Shown here piece by piece: positions 51,210 through 64,000 of a DNA stretch of 64,000 bases. Origin of the DNA: Eledone cirrhosa (taxonomy: Eukaryota); assembly GCA_964016885.1 (NCBI GenBank), contig OZ024743.1:116374001-116438000 (forward strand), given 5' to 3'. The notes under the pieces are model-generated. The model was not told the origin of the DNA and did not search any database. It saw nothing but the letters and a program-made list of their open reading frames with translations. A program made the position numbers and the translations under genes. Numbering within the stretch: position 1 is the first letter of the stretch; the number at the start of each line of letters is the position of its first letter.

Positions 51210-53859
51210 TATATATATATATATATATATTAGTATATTATTATTATTATACATAATTATACATGACGGTGGATTGGCAGTATCGATAGAGAGTCGGACG
51301 CCATGCTTTGACGCATAGAGTTACGGGCCTTGCCATTCTGTGTTCAAATCCCGCGGAGGTTTACTTTGCCTTTCATCCTTACGGGGGTCGATAAAATAAA
51401 GTACCAGTAAAGCACTGGGTAATTGCTGGCCTTGTGCCAAAAGCAGAAACAATTATTATTATACATAATATGTATCGTCACGAATATACATAACATCACA
51501 ATAAAAAGAGATCGTTAAAAAATCTTATTCCGAGAAGTAAATATATATAGAGAGTAATTTATACAAATCACTGAAGGGTAAATCACAGTACTCGAAAACA
51601 CATTTCACAAGCATCATTCCCTTGGAATATACTCACATTCAAGCACCTTAAATGTAAGGAGCCTGTCCAAAAATCTTTGATTGTAATTTGATTACAGTTT
51701 CTGAATTGAAGAACATATCAAACCATTTCAATAGATTGATATGATCATCATTACCAGACCAATTCTTCATCAGAGGATGTCTGTAAAGTATAAGAATAAA
51801 TATAGGTACCTGTTGAAAGAAATGTTGTCTTTCTTCATCGATCCAGCATGGTGCAATAAAATTAAAAAATAATGCCACTACACGCATGCGTCAAACTATA
51901 AACAAGTAAATATTTGTATAAACGGATAAAATGACAGGTCTACATTGCCGTTAGAAATAGCAGTCAATAGAGACCGTCCAATCAGATCGCCATTATTTAG
52001 GAGCAGTATATATAATAATTGTTTCTACTTTTAGCACAAGACCAGCAATTATCCCAGTGCATTACTGGTACTTTATTTGACCGATCCCGTAAGGATGATG
52101 GCAAAGTTAACCTCAGCGGGATTTGAACTCAGGCCGTAAAGGGCCGTATCTCTAAGCTGCAAAGCATGGCGTCCAACCCTCTACCGATACTGCCAATACA
52201 CTGCACAATTAAAATTGACACGAATATACATAACATATCAATGAAAAGGATCGTTAAAAGATCTTATTCAGAGTAATAAACATATATAGAATATTATACT
52301 CACCACTGAAGGGGTGATGTGTATAAGATACCCTTCTCTCTCTCTCGAATAATGTAGTAGCTGGGTATATAATATAAAACGATATATGATAAAATTTAGC
52401 ACTCAATACAAAATGTACGTGCCTATTAATTTTTATAACTGCCTTTCTTAATTATTATCTTACTTGTTCCAGTAACATGCATTAGATTTAAGCAGAACTG
52501 CTGATGAGGCCTTTCAAGTGCTTCACCAGAGTTTTGGCGTGCATTCCTTAGGTTTAAAACTGACAATTGTATTGGTATCCGCTTTTCAACGCCAGATTTT
52601 AATCTTGAGCGTACAGGATGACCAATGATTAAAGAAAATTGCCAGAAAATATGGAAAAAAATATCTTGATTTCATCTGTGGTAACTATTGCCTTAAAGAG
52701 ATTTTTCTCTTGAAAGCAGATATTTATTAAAATTTTCCATTAAATGTCTTTCTTTACACGTTGGTTTTATGTGTATGTGCTTGTGTAAGTGTGCTTCTTT
52801 GTGTGTTGAGGATGAATTATCATGTCAGGAAATTAAGAGCATTTTGTTTCTAACTTCGACTTTCTATCACATGGCTTCGGGAGTTATGAGAAAACCGTTT
52901 GTTTTGTAAATTTTAACAAATTATTAATTGTTAAAGGGAAAAGGCAATACAATAGTAGCATCCGAGTAAAGTAATGATATCCATCGACAGCAACTAAACA
53001 TTCGTTGTTGATCTAATTGTTTCTATTTTATTCCTGATAAAGAATTCTATTCATACCACATCCTTCAAAAGTACAATTATATTTCTTGTCTACCAGATTC
53101 TTTTGATTCAAATTCAGTTGTGGATATTGTCGTATTAGTATTAATGGTATTTATATTAGACATAGTTTAAAATTAATGGATATACTCGTATTAGTATTAA
53201 TGGTATTTATATTAGACATAGTTTACAATTTATTTTGTATAACGAATTTTAATCGGAAAAACTTTTGGGGTATATATTTGGGTTAGCATTAATATTGAAA
53301 GTAATATTTATCTGAAAGTTCAATTCATCTTGTAAAGTTATTATTTTATTAATATTATATATGTTTCCTGTGCATTCCAGGATGATATTTGTTGTTGGTG
53401 TCATGTGGTATTCTAGAAACAAATTTTTGACATTGTTCCGTTTATTGTCAACCATGTCCGATCGATTTCTCTTAATGGTTGATACTTCGATTGATCACTC
53501 TACCCTAAATGATTTATACAATTTATCGTACAATCTTCGTAGCCCAATCAGATATTCACCTGGTGGAAGTTACCTATATGTGCTGATAATTTATCTCATT
53601 TTGGGGCAAACATATAGTTTGGGATGTGCAGGACCATATGAAACCCAACCCAATTAGAAGCTGTATGCGATTGTATGCATTTGGCATCTTCTATAATCTC
53701 TTTACAACAGCCAAGATCGGTAATTTCCCAATGGGTTAGGAAATGTTTTTTGGTGGGGTCTTCTCTAGGAAAGCTTCTCTTTCATATTACACCCCGCAGC
53801 AAAGAAATACGTGGCACTCATTGTGACAGTGTTGTATGCATAAAACTATAACTACTCCC

Positions 53860-54172
53860 GATGGCGTTGTAGCGGTTCCGTCGTGAAAAACGTGTCGGCG
53901 ATACTATGGGCATGTGGTTAGAATGTATCAGGATAGATTTGCTGGATAGCTTTTTACGCGCAAAACTAACCGGCAAGAGATAAACCCCCGAGCTAGATCG
54001 TTGGATAACATCCATGAGCCTGAATGGTCTTCCTTCGGGATCCAGCCATAGCATTTGGAGACGGTTGCTTCTGGCAGTAGCAACTGGAATGAGTGTCTAA
54101 GAACTCTTCCTCCACGACCCTCTCAGGGATAAGTGGGTGACGAAGAAGAAGAAGAAGAAGAAGAAGAAGAAA
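53860..54172 (+). mobile_element. RTE (Expander/Rex3-like) 3' fragment with (GAA)n tail
   Basis: PRARSLDNIHEPEWSSFGI..VA..W..LRTLPPRP C-terminal motif followed by (GAA)n. Confidence 0.6.
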
Positions 54173-56794
54173 TTACCCCCAGTGCTAGATTGGTGATTTT
54201 TATCGACCTCGATAAGATAAAAGGCAAAATTGATTTAACCGAGTTTTAAACTCAAAGACACAGAACACAAATATTTCAATTCGATGTTCTAATGAATGTG
54301 TTAATTCACCGCCTTTCTTCCACCGTTCCATTGTTTCTTATAGCGATATAATTTAATCTGAATTGATCGACACTGATGTGAACTTTCATTAAAGTCACTC
54401 ATCCAAGATCACTCTACCATTTCAAATAGTTTATCTCAAATTACGTAATCCAATATAGAGAGAGTTTTGATTTCTATTGCAAGTAGATCGAGTGCTCATG
54501 TAGCTGTTCCTTGAATTGCTAAAGTTGTGTTATTCTTAAATTAAGGAAGTGGCATTTATGCACTGCTAGTTAGACTGTGTCATTAAAGGATTTCGTATTT
54601 GTTTTCTCAATGAAAGGGGGCCATGAAGACGTTGCTTATCATGGTTTCTTAAACGTTAAGTCATTGAGAATATGACTCCATCCCCTGAACAAGACGCCAG
54701 TCCATTACACTGTTAGTCTCCCATCTACTGCTGGTATTTATATTGAGGAACGGGAAATGAAGTGTTTTAATCAAGAACACATTGTGCCTCCTGATACCGG
54801 AATCGAACTTCGATATTAAGATCATAAATGCAATACGTTAACTATTAGGCTACGTGAATTCTCCACAAATTTCGATGATGAACAATTAATAATTTATTGC
54901 AGCTTAACTATGGGTGACCTGGCAGTTAATATGCAAGCCTATACACATTCTAGACAATGAAGATGAGTATTATTGTGACTTAAACATCATCGTCCAGGAA
55001 ATAACACTGTGTAAATGATTGTTTATGAATGGCAATTCCCTCAGTTGTCTTTTCCAGTAGCCTATCAGCTTTGCCAATAATGATCTATTATATACATTAT
55101 TCAATGATTAATTTTCATCAATTTTGAAATGTTTCGGTGCTATTCAGAAAATTCTAGAACTTTCTGCTTAATCATCTTGTATTTTTCTTTGTCTTATTTT
55201 GTAATCACTTTCTGTGAGTTTAAAAGTCACGAATACTTTCGCCGAGGCTGTTTAATCACAACCTCTTAAATAGAAATATACATATATATTACTAAGTGCC
55301 ACTTAACTAATGAGCATCTAATTTTTCCCTATTCCGAGCATATTTGGAAGAATTATATATATATATAAAATACTCTGCAGTGAATTGATTAAATTTAGAC
55401 TTTTAATTATCATGCATATGAATTACACATTGAAAATTATTTCCAATTATAATTCCTAATACTAAACCAACTACGGTAATTTGAAACTAAACTGTTTATT
55501 TTAAAGTGTTTATATTTATCTAAAATCTTGCATTATACTTTTTTTAAATTTAAGATATGTTCAAATAATGAGAAAGTTAGTTATATGAAATCGATAAAAA
55601 TGTCTAATTGTTTGAAAATAGTGTGTAATGTATTTCATTAAGAATAGAGAAACGAAAGTGTTAATATTTGACATTATTTATGAAATATCATCCTTACGGG
55701 GCGATAAAATAAAGCACCAGTAATACACTGGGATATTTGCTGGCCTTGTGCCAAATGTAGAAACAATTATTTATGAAATATCTTTGTATGATTTGGTATC
55801 TCAGCATTAGCTGCGATGTTTAAAGCAAACTTCAGTAGTAACGATCATGCATTTATACATACACGTATGTATTTACATGCATACATGAAATGAAATTAAA
55901 AGGTCCTTAACTCTTGAGTCCAAACCATACTTCCATTCCTGTCACTATCATCCACTTTAATAAAATGTTACTCTCGAACCAATAAAGTAGCTCTCCGGCT
56001 AATCTCATTCAAATAACATCGAATGGTCTTTAAAAAGGTGGGAAGCATTCGATAATGTAACGCTAGCTACAATAACTTTTAAAAAGCTCGCACCTATAAT
56101 ACATTACATAATAAGTAAGGTGGATCTAGCCTGGGACTAAACAAAACGAATAACATCACTCCTAATGTCAATAGCTTGATCTATATTAAATAACACTGCA
56201 TCGTCTTCAAAATAGGTAGGAAACATTAAAGATAATGTAGTTCTAAAATAGGTATGAAACATTAAAGATGATGTAGTTAATCAAGCAAATGAGGCAACCT
56301 ATCACTGCGCCCTTGAAGAGCTAGAAGTATCAGCTTGATCTATATTAAATCACACTGCATCGTCTTTAAAATAAGTAGGACACATTAAAGGTAATGTAGT
56401 TCTAGATGCAGCATGTCTGAAGAAAAAGACAGTGTGGTCATCTCAAGCATGCCTTTAATTGGAGTTCATCTCGATCAGTGTTGACTGGATTTAAACAAGA
56501 ATACAAGAACTATGTATCTGTACACTTAAATACTATACAAGTATTGTTGGAAATAGTGGTAGTGATATGGATGAGGTCGTAGCTGATGCGATGTGGTGAT
56601 GGAGATATCAGTGACCAGAGTAATAGTGAAGGAGGTTCTCATATGTATTGTCGTATAGTGTAATGATTCTCGATAACATGAACATTTTGATAGTACTACT
56701 ACCAATATAGCATTAATCACTGCTACTACTAACATTACTACACTACTACTAGTTCTACTATCTCCACAAATACCGTTGTTATCGTTGTTACACG

Positions 56795-56928
<134 letters not shown>

Positions 56929-56941
56929 TTATATCGTTATA

Positions 56942-57372
56942 TCGCTCAAATATTCAATTTTGTATTATATATTTTGTATTCAAAAAAAGTAAATGGTTAT
57001 AAATGGAAGAAAACACCCTCTGTCTACACTATATAGAACAGCCAAATAACAGCAATTTCACCAACACCAGAAACTTGATACACCACCTATCCCATCACAC
57101 TAAATATAACAGCCAGATAACGGCAATTTCACCACCACCACCATCAATCCCGGCATGATAATAATAATTACTATTATTATTGTCTCAAATTTTAACAAAA
57201 TGTTTAATATGTCAACACAATATATATTAAACATACGAACACAAACTCATAGATACTACATATCACAAAACCCAGTAACCACAACGCCACCGCCGCCACC
57301 ACCCCATCCATCATCTTGCTACCACTATCCCATCACCGCCGCCACCACTCCTTCATTGCTACCACCACTATT
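56942..57372 (+). repeat. Diverged direct repeat, second copy 61878-62350
   Basis: Shared gctcaaatattca, tataaatggaagaa, cctctgtctacactatatagaacagccaaa, agataacggcaatttcaccaccacc and catcaccgccgccaccactccttcattgctaccacc. Confidence 0.85.
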
Positions 57373-57749
57373 CCCCTGTTAACTTGAGAGAGAAAGGGGA
57401 AGGTGGCGGTATCACTAGACAAGGGAGAGGCTAGCAAAAGATATAAATAGATTGACTTAGTGACCTGGCCACCGGCCAAACGTCAATATCAACAACTATG
57501 GGACTGCTGGCTCACCCCTTCCTCACCAACAATATAAAAAGCCCCGACACCACCACCGACATAGCCAACAACAATAACAGGCAACTACAGCAAAAAGTAT
57601 ATTATATTATTGTAATGCACTGGGTGATTGCTGGCCTTGTGCCTGGAGTGGAGACAATTATTAATAATTTCATTATTAAGCCACGCAATGCTCACATTAA
57701 GGAACCACTCATGATAATAACAATTTAAAAAAACAACAAAAAGAAAACC

Positions 57750-60700
57750 CCGTGACCAAGAAATACCGGGATGGCGGCCGGCGGGGAATAGCCGTGTCTC
57801 TAGGGGAGAACGACCCCTCTAGTCTTGGTTGACACTCGTTCTAGAAGTGGTAACACGAAATGATTACCCCTTGGCGGATAAGGATAAAACGCGACAAAAT
57901 AAAGTAAATGTCTAATGATAAAATCTCATACCGGATCGGCCGTCACCCGGGTAAAAAAAACCGCCGCGTCCCTCAGAGAGGAACCAGACTGGGGTCGAAA
58001 AATCAGCTAATGGTTCAAACCTTCCCATCACTTCGGAGCTGGAGACCTCCCATAACCGGAATACTCCTACTGTTGGCCCTCCATGCTCACCACCAAGAAA
58101 TCCAAAGAAAAAGAGAGAAAAATGGTCAAGGGAAGATAATAAAGAAGTCCTTCAGGCTTTCTACACTGCCATGTACTACCCATCAAATACATCGAATACA
58201 GAACACACATATATCAACTGGAAAAAGAAACATCCCGAAAACAGAGGCTTTATTGACAGTAACAAACTAGCCAATATACGAAGAAATATTGTAAGAAAAA
58301 AGTTACTAACTGATATAGAAATTGATCAGATCAAGCTATTAGCACAAAGTCAGCGAAGGGAAAATGAAACATGTGTCAGTGAAAACGAGGTAAACTGTAA
58401 CACTTCGAACCCCAGGGTTGGGGCGGAATCACTGGCAACAGAACAAATTAAAGAAAGGATCGAAACAGTGGAGGGAGTGCATGCTCAGGATGAAACTCCA
58501 AATGAAAATAATGAGATCGTAAATGATAAAGAAATGAATGAGAATGAACTTGCCAACTTGAAGGATGAAATTATGATCGAATGGATGAAAATGAAAGAAT
58601 CTGACATGGGGCAACGAGACACCCTCCCTAAGATCCAGAACTCCAAACATAACCAAAAGATAATACACAAGACTAACATAATTCTCAAAAACATTATCAT
58701 CACAAACAAACTAAACATTACTGATTTAAATCATCTCTATTATGCATCGGCTAAAGTCACCACTCACTTATGTGGAGTGAAGATGAAAAAACAAAGGAAT
58801 TCCCACAAGAAATCTACTTGGCAAGAGAACATCAATCGCCAAATAAACCTTCTCCGATCTGACATAGGAATTTTAACAAACTATAAAGTAGGTGAACATG
58901 TTAAACAAACTAAACTTAGAAAATTGAAAAGAAAGTACAGTATAAAATCAACATGTGACATAGACATGCTGATAGAAATAATCAAGCAAAAAGTGTCGGC
59001 CAAAGCTACTCGTATAAGGCGCTTTGAAAAACGATCTAGATTCTATAAGGACAATAATATGTTCAAAAACAACCAAAGAAACTTCTACAGAAAAATTGGT
59101 AAGTCAACAATAACTGCTAAATCAATACCACCCAAGGAGGAAGTGCAAGAATTCTGGGAAAAGATCTGGGCCGAAGAAAAAGTTCATAACATACATGCCC
59201 CATGGATAGACAGACAAATGAAAGATACAGCTCACCTTGAGGAACAAATATGGGAAAACATAACAGTTGAACAGTTGCGCTTGGCTCTAAGAAAAACCAG
59301 CAAATGGAAATCCCCAGGAAAAGACAAAGTACAAAACTTTTGGATAAATGCCTTCACAGAGTCTCATGAGCTGTTAGCCCAACTTTACGATGAAATAGTT
59401 ATGGAGCCAGAAAAGATACCATCATGGCTAGTTAACGGCATTACATTCCTGCTTCCGAAGAATGATGAGACAAACAATCCCAAAAATTACAGACCGATAA
59501 CTTGCTTGACCACAATGTATAAAATTTGAACATCAGTCCTAACTGAATACACATATGACCACCTGATAACAAATGACCTATTTCCCATTGAGCAGAAAGG
59601 GTGTAAACGAGGCTCATATGGCTGTAAGGATCAGCTTCTGGTTAACAAAATGATACTGGAAGATTGTCATAATAGACACAAAAATCTATCGATTGCTTGG
59701 ATAGATTATAAAAATGCATTCGATGGTTTGCCACACAGTTGGATTGAAAAATGTTTAAAGATTTTCAAAATATCCCCCGTTGTCAAGAGGTTTTTGTCAT
59801 TCAGTATGAAGACATGGAAAACGACACTCCTTTTGAATAGTGAAACAAAATCACTGGAAGCTGGAGAAGTTAATATTAATTGTGGAATTTTTCAGGGTGA
59901 CTCTTTATCACCGCTTTTATTCTGCATCGCACTTATACCATTAAGTAAAATGCTCAATGAAACAAAACATGGATATAAAGTCTACGACAAAACCATTAAT
60001 CACCTGTTCTACATGGATGACCTGAAACTATTTGCAAAAAATAATGAACAATTGCAAGGGCTATTATCCACAGTGGAGCAGTTCAGTGATGACATTAAAA
60101 TGGAGTTTGGACTAGATAAATGCGCCAAAGCAACGTTCACCAGAGGAAAGCTGCTGAAGAGTTCAGACATTAATCTTGATCGGGGGAACGTGATAAGAGA
60201 ATTTGATCAAGAAAAAACTTACAAATATCTAGGTGTTTGTGAAGGAGACGGAATCAAGCACTCGACAATGAGGGAAAGGATAAGGAAGGAATGTTACCGC
60301 AGAGTAAGAGCAATCTTAAGAATGGAATTGAATGCAAGGAATAGGATCGATGCCATAAACACGCTTGCCATACAGTTACAATGTCATCAACTGGTCAAGC
60401 ACAGAGATCCGTAGGCTCGATACAAAAATTCGAAAATTCTTAACCATGCACAGAATGCATCAACTTAAGGCAGATATAGATAGAATATATCTCCGTAGGA
60501 AAGAAGAAGGACGTGGGTTAATCCAGTTAGACATTGCGTTGAAAACTGCAACAATTGGATTATCTACATATCTAAGGGAATCACATGATTGGATGATCAA
60601 ACTCGTTTTGAAACACGAAAGCATCAAAAGATCATATTCCATTACAAAAGATGCACAAAGATACAGTAATGGACTACAAATTTCAGAAGTCCCATTTACT

Positions 60701-61708
60701 GCTGAAATGGAAAACACAGAAAAAGCAAAGCAGGTAAAAGTAACTGCAAAGAAAGAACTGCTACAGAAACTGGCTAAGAAATGGCAAGAAAAGCCTCTGT
60801 ATGGAAAATACCCAGAGCGAGCTAACAATCCTGATGTTGACAAAACTTTAACCCATCAGTGGTTGGCATCCTCTGGACTGAAATCGGAGACTGAAGGATT
60901 GATTATATCAGCACAAGATCAGTGTCTGCCAACAAAATATTACCAAGCCAACATAATAAAAAATGGATGCAGCCCATTATCCCGTGTATGCAAAAAACAA
61001 CCAGAGACCATTGACCATATAATTTCAATGTGCAGTCCTATAGCTCCAACCGAATACCTAAACAGGCATGACAGAGCTGCACTATACATACATTGGATAA
61101 TGTGTAAGCATTTTGACCTGCCCCATCAAAAGAATTGGTGGGAGCATCAACCACCTCCCATACTTGAAAAAGATCACATCTCAATCTTGTGGAACTTTAG
61201 CATCCAACCAGACCAAAAAATAGATGCAAATAGACCTGATATAATATTGAAGGACTTTAAAAAGAGAGTATGCCTGCTAATTGATATGTCTGTTCCAATA
61301 GACAAGATTGTATCTATAAAAACATTTGAAAAATTGAGCAAGTATAAGGACCTGGAGATAGAAATTGGAAAAATGTGGAAATTTAGAACTAAAACAATAC
61401 CAGTGGTTGTAGGCGCTCTGGGAATGATACCTAAGGGGTCTAATGATTACTTATCGCAGATCCCAGGAAACCCGCGTATAGGAGAAATACAAAAGATAGT
61501 ACTAATGGGAACTGCCCATATACTAAGGAAGATTCTGTCAATATAAGTACATCACAAGTCTAAACACTAAAGCTTGCATGTGTGAGTATGTATGTTCTTC
61601 CTTGAACATGGCGGACCTTGTTGTCTCTTGAGGTCACTGGTTGTGACTTGGTGATAACTCGTATGAACATAAAGCAAGATAAATGCAACTGTAATAATAA
61701 TAATAATA
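57750..61708 (+). mobile_element. Full-length R4/Dong-clade non-LTR retrotransposon ending in (TAA)n
   Basis: Myb-like N-terminus, WKSPGKD, NYRPITCL, EQKGCKRG, WIDYKNAFD, GIFQGDSLSP, YMDD, YKYLG, degenerate CCHC, RHD, RPDI..LIDMSVP..EKLSKY. ORF 57908-61546 has a TGA at 59527 and frameshifts near 58050 and 60370. Confidence 0.93.
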
Positions 61709-62829
61709 AGGGAAGAAGACGCACGAGGTGGTAGAAGGTCATGAAAACGCTCCCGTAAGTTTTGAAATTTTAACATATTTAAATCATTTGTGAAATAACA
61801 ACTCTTAGTACAAATGCTACGTAAAGCATCCGGCTTGAGCCCCCTACAAATTCGGACCCAAAATATATTGTTATAAGGCTCAAATATTCAAATATTCAAC
61901 TTTGTATTGTACATTGTATATTCAAAAAAGAAAATGGCTATAAATGGAAGAAGAACCCCCCACCCCACTCCTCTGTCTACACTATATAGAACAGCCAAAC
62001 AACACCAATCTCACCAACACCAGTAACTAGATATACCACTTACCCCATCACCTCTCTGTGTACACTAAACACAAGAGCTAGATAACGGCAATTTCACCAC
62101 CACCACAACCAATCTCAACATAATAAGGATAATAATAAATACAATTATTATTGTCCTAAGTCTTAACAAAATGTTTAATCCCAACATTAAGGGAATTTAG
62201 GTCAACACATATACGCGACTAACCCCATAGATTCACCGAACGAACATCAGTCCTTCATTGCTACCACCGCTACAACACCATCACTACTGCCATCATTACT
62301 ACCACTATCTCATCACCGCCGCCACCACTCCTTCATTGCTACCACCGCTACAACACCATCACTACAGTAATACGATCACATCACCACCACCACTGCCTCG
62401 GTATCGACATCACCACCACCACTGTCTCAGTATCGCTACCGCCGCTATTCTCTCCCATTGCTTCCTGCTAGTTGCTGCCATCACATTATAGAATTCCTAC
62501 TAAAAAAGAGGAAGGCATCAAAATATATAGATAGACTCAAAAGAAAAAAGAAAAAACAAACATCAAAACCAAAGCAGCACAGCAACGACAGCAAAAAACG
62601 AGAAAAACAAACAGAGAAAAACAAAAACAAAAAATAAAAAAACAAAAATAAAAAAAAACAAAAAACGTAAAGAAAATAAGAATGAAGAGAGAAACAAGCG
62701 GACGGACAGAGAAGAGAAGGGAAAAACTAAGTCAGACATTCGAACACTACATTACAATGAAACTTATGCTTATTCATTTTTGGGGTTTTTTCTGCCTGTG
62801 TGTTTGTTTGTTTATTTGTGTTCGTCTAC

Positions 62830-64000
62830 AGCGTGGTGATAATGCCACACAAGAGCCAAGCGGAGCGGCGCAACCACCGGAGACGGTGAATCCACAGATG
62901 GCTATGTAACCATATATTCGCCAATCCTCGATAAGAGTGTTTAAATATCGAACCTAAACAGTTCGAATAACGGTGAAATGGAGACTAGAACGTCATGTGA
63001 CAGACTCTCACCCAACAGGTGCTCCCTGGCTCAGCAACAGGAACCTGACTGTCAACCAAATACTGCTGGTGTTGGAGGTAGAAGAAGAAGGAAAGGGGCC
63101 AGAACCAACTGGACGAAAGAATTGAATAGAACTGTTATGCAATGTTACCTGAAAAGTAACCCCAAGGAGAGGGGCTATAGGAGACGGATGCATAACATCT
63201 GGAACGAGATTGGTCTATTTAAATTAGATGAACAAAAATTGGCCGGGCAGGCTCGGGTAATAAGAACTAATGGGTGGATAAGCGAGCTGGAACTGGAGGA
63301 ACTGAGCAGAGAGAATAGCTTGGAGATGGAGGGTGTAGTATGCCAGACAAACGAGCCAGTGGGAAATGAAGGTGAAGAGGTCGAGAGAACGGAGGAACCA
63401 CCCGAAGCAGACAATGATCTGAATACTGAGATAAATAATACCTGGAACAGAGATACGGCCACTGAGGAGATGAATGCTGACGGGCTAGGACAAGATTCGG
63501 TTGGCATCCTAAATTTAGTGGTAGATGAATTGAACAATGATAGTGGGAGACCTATGAACCTAAGATTTGTAGACAGGAAAAAGTTAAAAGAAACAACAGC
63601 TAAGGTAAACAAAGTCATCCCATACCTTGAGGCGAGGAGCCTTCACCAGTGCAACAATATCTTCAAAGCAACAGCAAATACGGTGAGGAAACTACTTGGT
63701 ATAAAAGCGAGAGGAAACAACAGACAAGAAAGAGCAGAGCCTTGGTGGAAGAAACGACTGAATGGTCAAATCAAGGAAATGAGAAATGACATAGGAAAGC
63801 TTGAGTCACTACTGAATGGGATACTAAAAAACATAGGCACTAAAAATAGACTGGAAATAAAGTACAAAACTAGGAGGATAAAGCGAAATATTATCATAGA
63901 GGAACTGAAGCAACGCATTGTAGCAAAGAGTGCAAAAATCAGGCGATACGAGAACAGAGTCAGTCAGTATAAACAGAACCGCATGTTCGACAACAACCAG
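62830..64000 (+). mobile_element. 5' part of a second R4/Dong-clade element, running off the window
   Basis: GC-richer 5' UTR followed by an ORF from 62978. Confidence 0.85.
62978..64000 (+). CDS. R4/Dong ORF N-terminus (Myb-like domain), apparently open to the window end
   Basis: METRTSCD..NWTKELNRTVMQCYLKSNPKERGYRRRMHNIWNEIG..EQKLAGQARVI..EPWWKKRL..KIRRYENRVSQYKQNRMFDNNQ. It is absent from the ORF track because no stop is reached. Confidence 0.85.
   Translation, partial: METRTSCDRLSPNRCSLAQQQEPDCQPNTAGVGGRRRRKGARTNWTKELNRTVMQCYLKSNPKERGYRRRMHNIWNEIGLFKLDEQKLAGQARVIRTNGWISELELEELSRENSLEMEGVVCQTNEPVGNEGEEVERTEEPPEADNDLNTEINNTWNRDTATEEMNADGLGQDSVGILNLVVDELNNDSGRPMNLRFVDRKKLKETTAKVNKVIPYLEARSLHQCNNIFKATANTVRKLLGIKARGNNRQERAEPWWKKRLNGQIKEMRNDIGKLESLLNGILKNIGTKNRLEIKYKTRRIKRNIIIEELKQRIVAKSAKIRRYENRVSQYKQNRMFDNNQ

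Overview
AT-rich eukaryotic DNA made almost entirely of microsatellites and transposable elements; the SINE families resemble octopod cephalopod SINEs, which is an inference. No host protein-coding gene is convincingly present, and most listed ORFs are microsatellite or antisense artefacts. Decayed autonomous elements: three different Penelope-like elements (PLEs; RT plus C-terminal GIY-YIG), three R4/Dong-type REL non-LTR elements, one RTE LINE with a ~140-bp flanking duplication, and a CRE-like fragment. Non-autonomous elements: Helitrons, tRNA-derived SINEs and a MITE. The most striking feature is about ten unrelated short non-coding families that each carry a type I hammerhead ribozyme (HHR) motif, mostly with a family-specific palindromic stem III. 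They sit in (TA)n tracts as partial tandem arrays and/or fold-back palindromes, which is pLTR/retrozyme-like architecture. One 650-bp tandem family has the same architecture but no recognisable ribozyme. The Neptune-type PLE has an in-frame U_UUU_UUA slippery site plus a hairpin joining ORF1 to the RT ORF, a candidate programmed -1 frameshift. All structures were read by eye; element boundaries are approximate.
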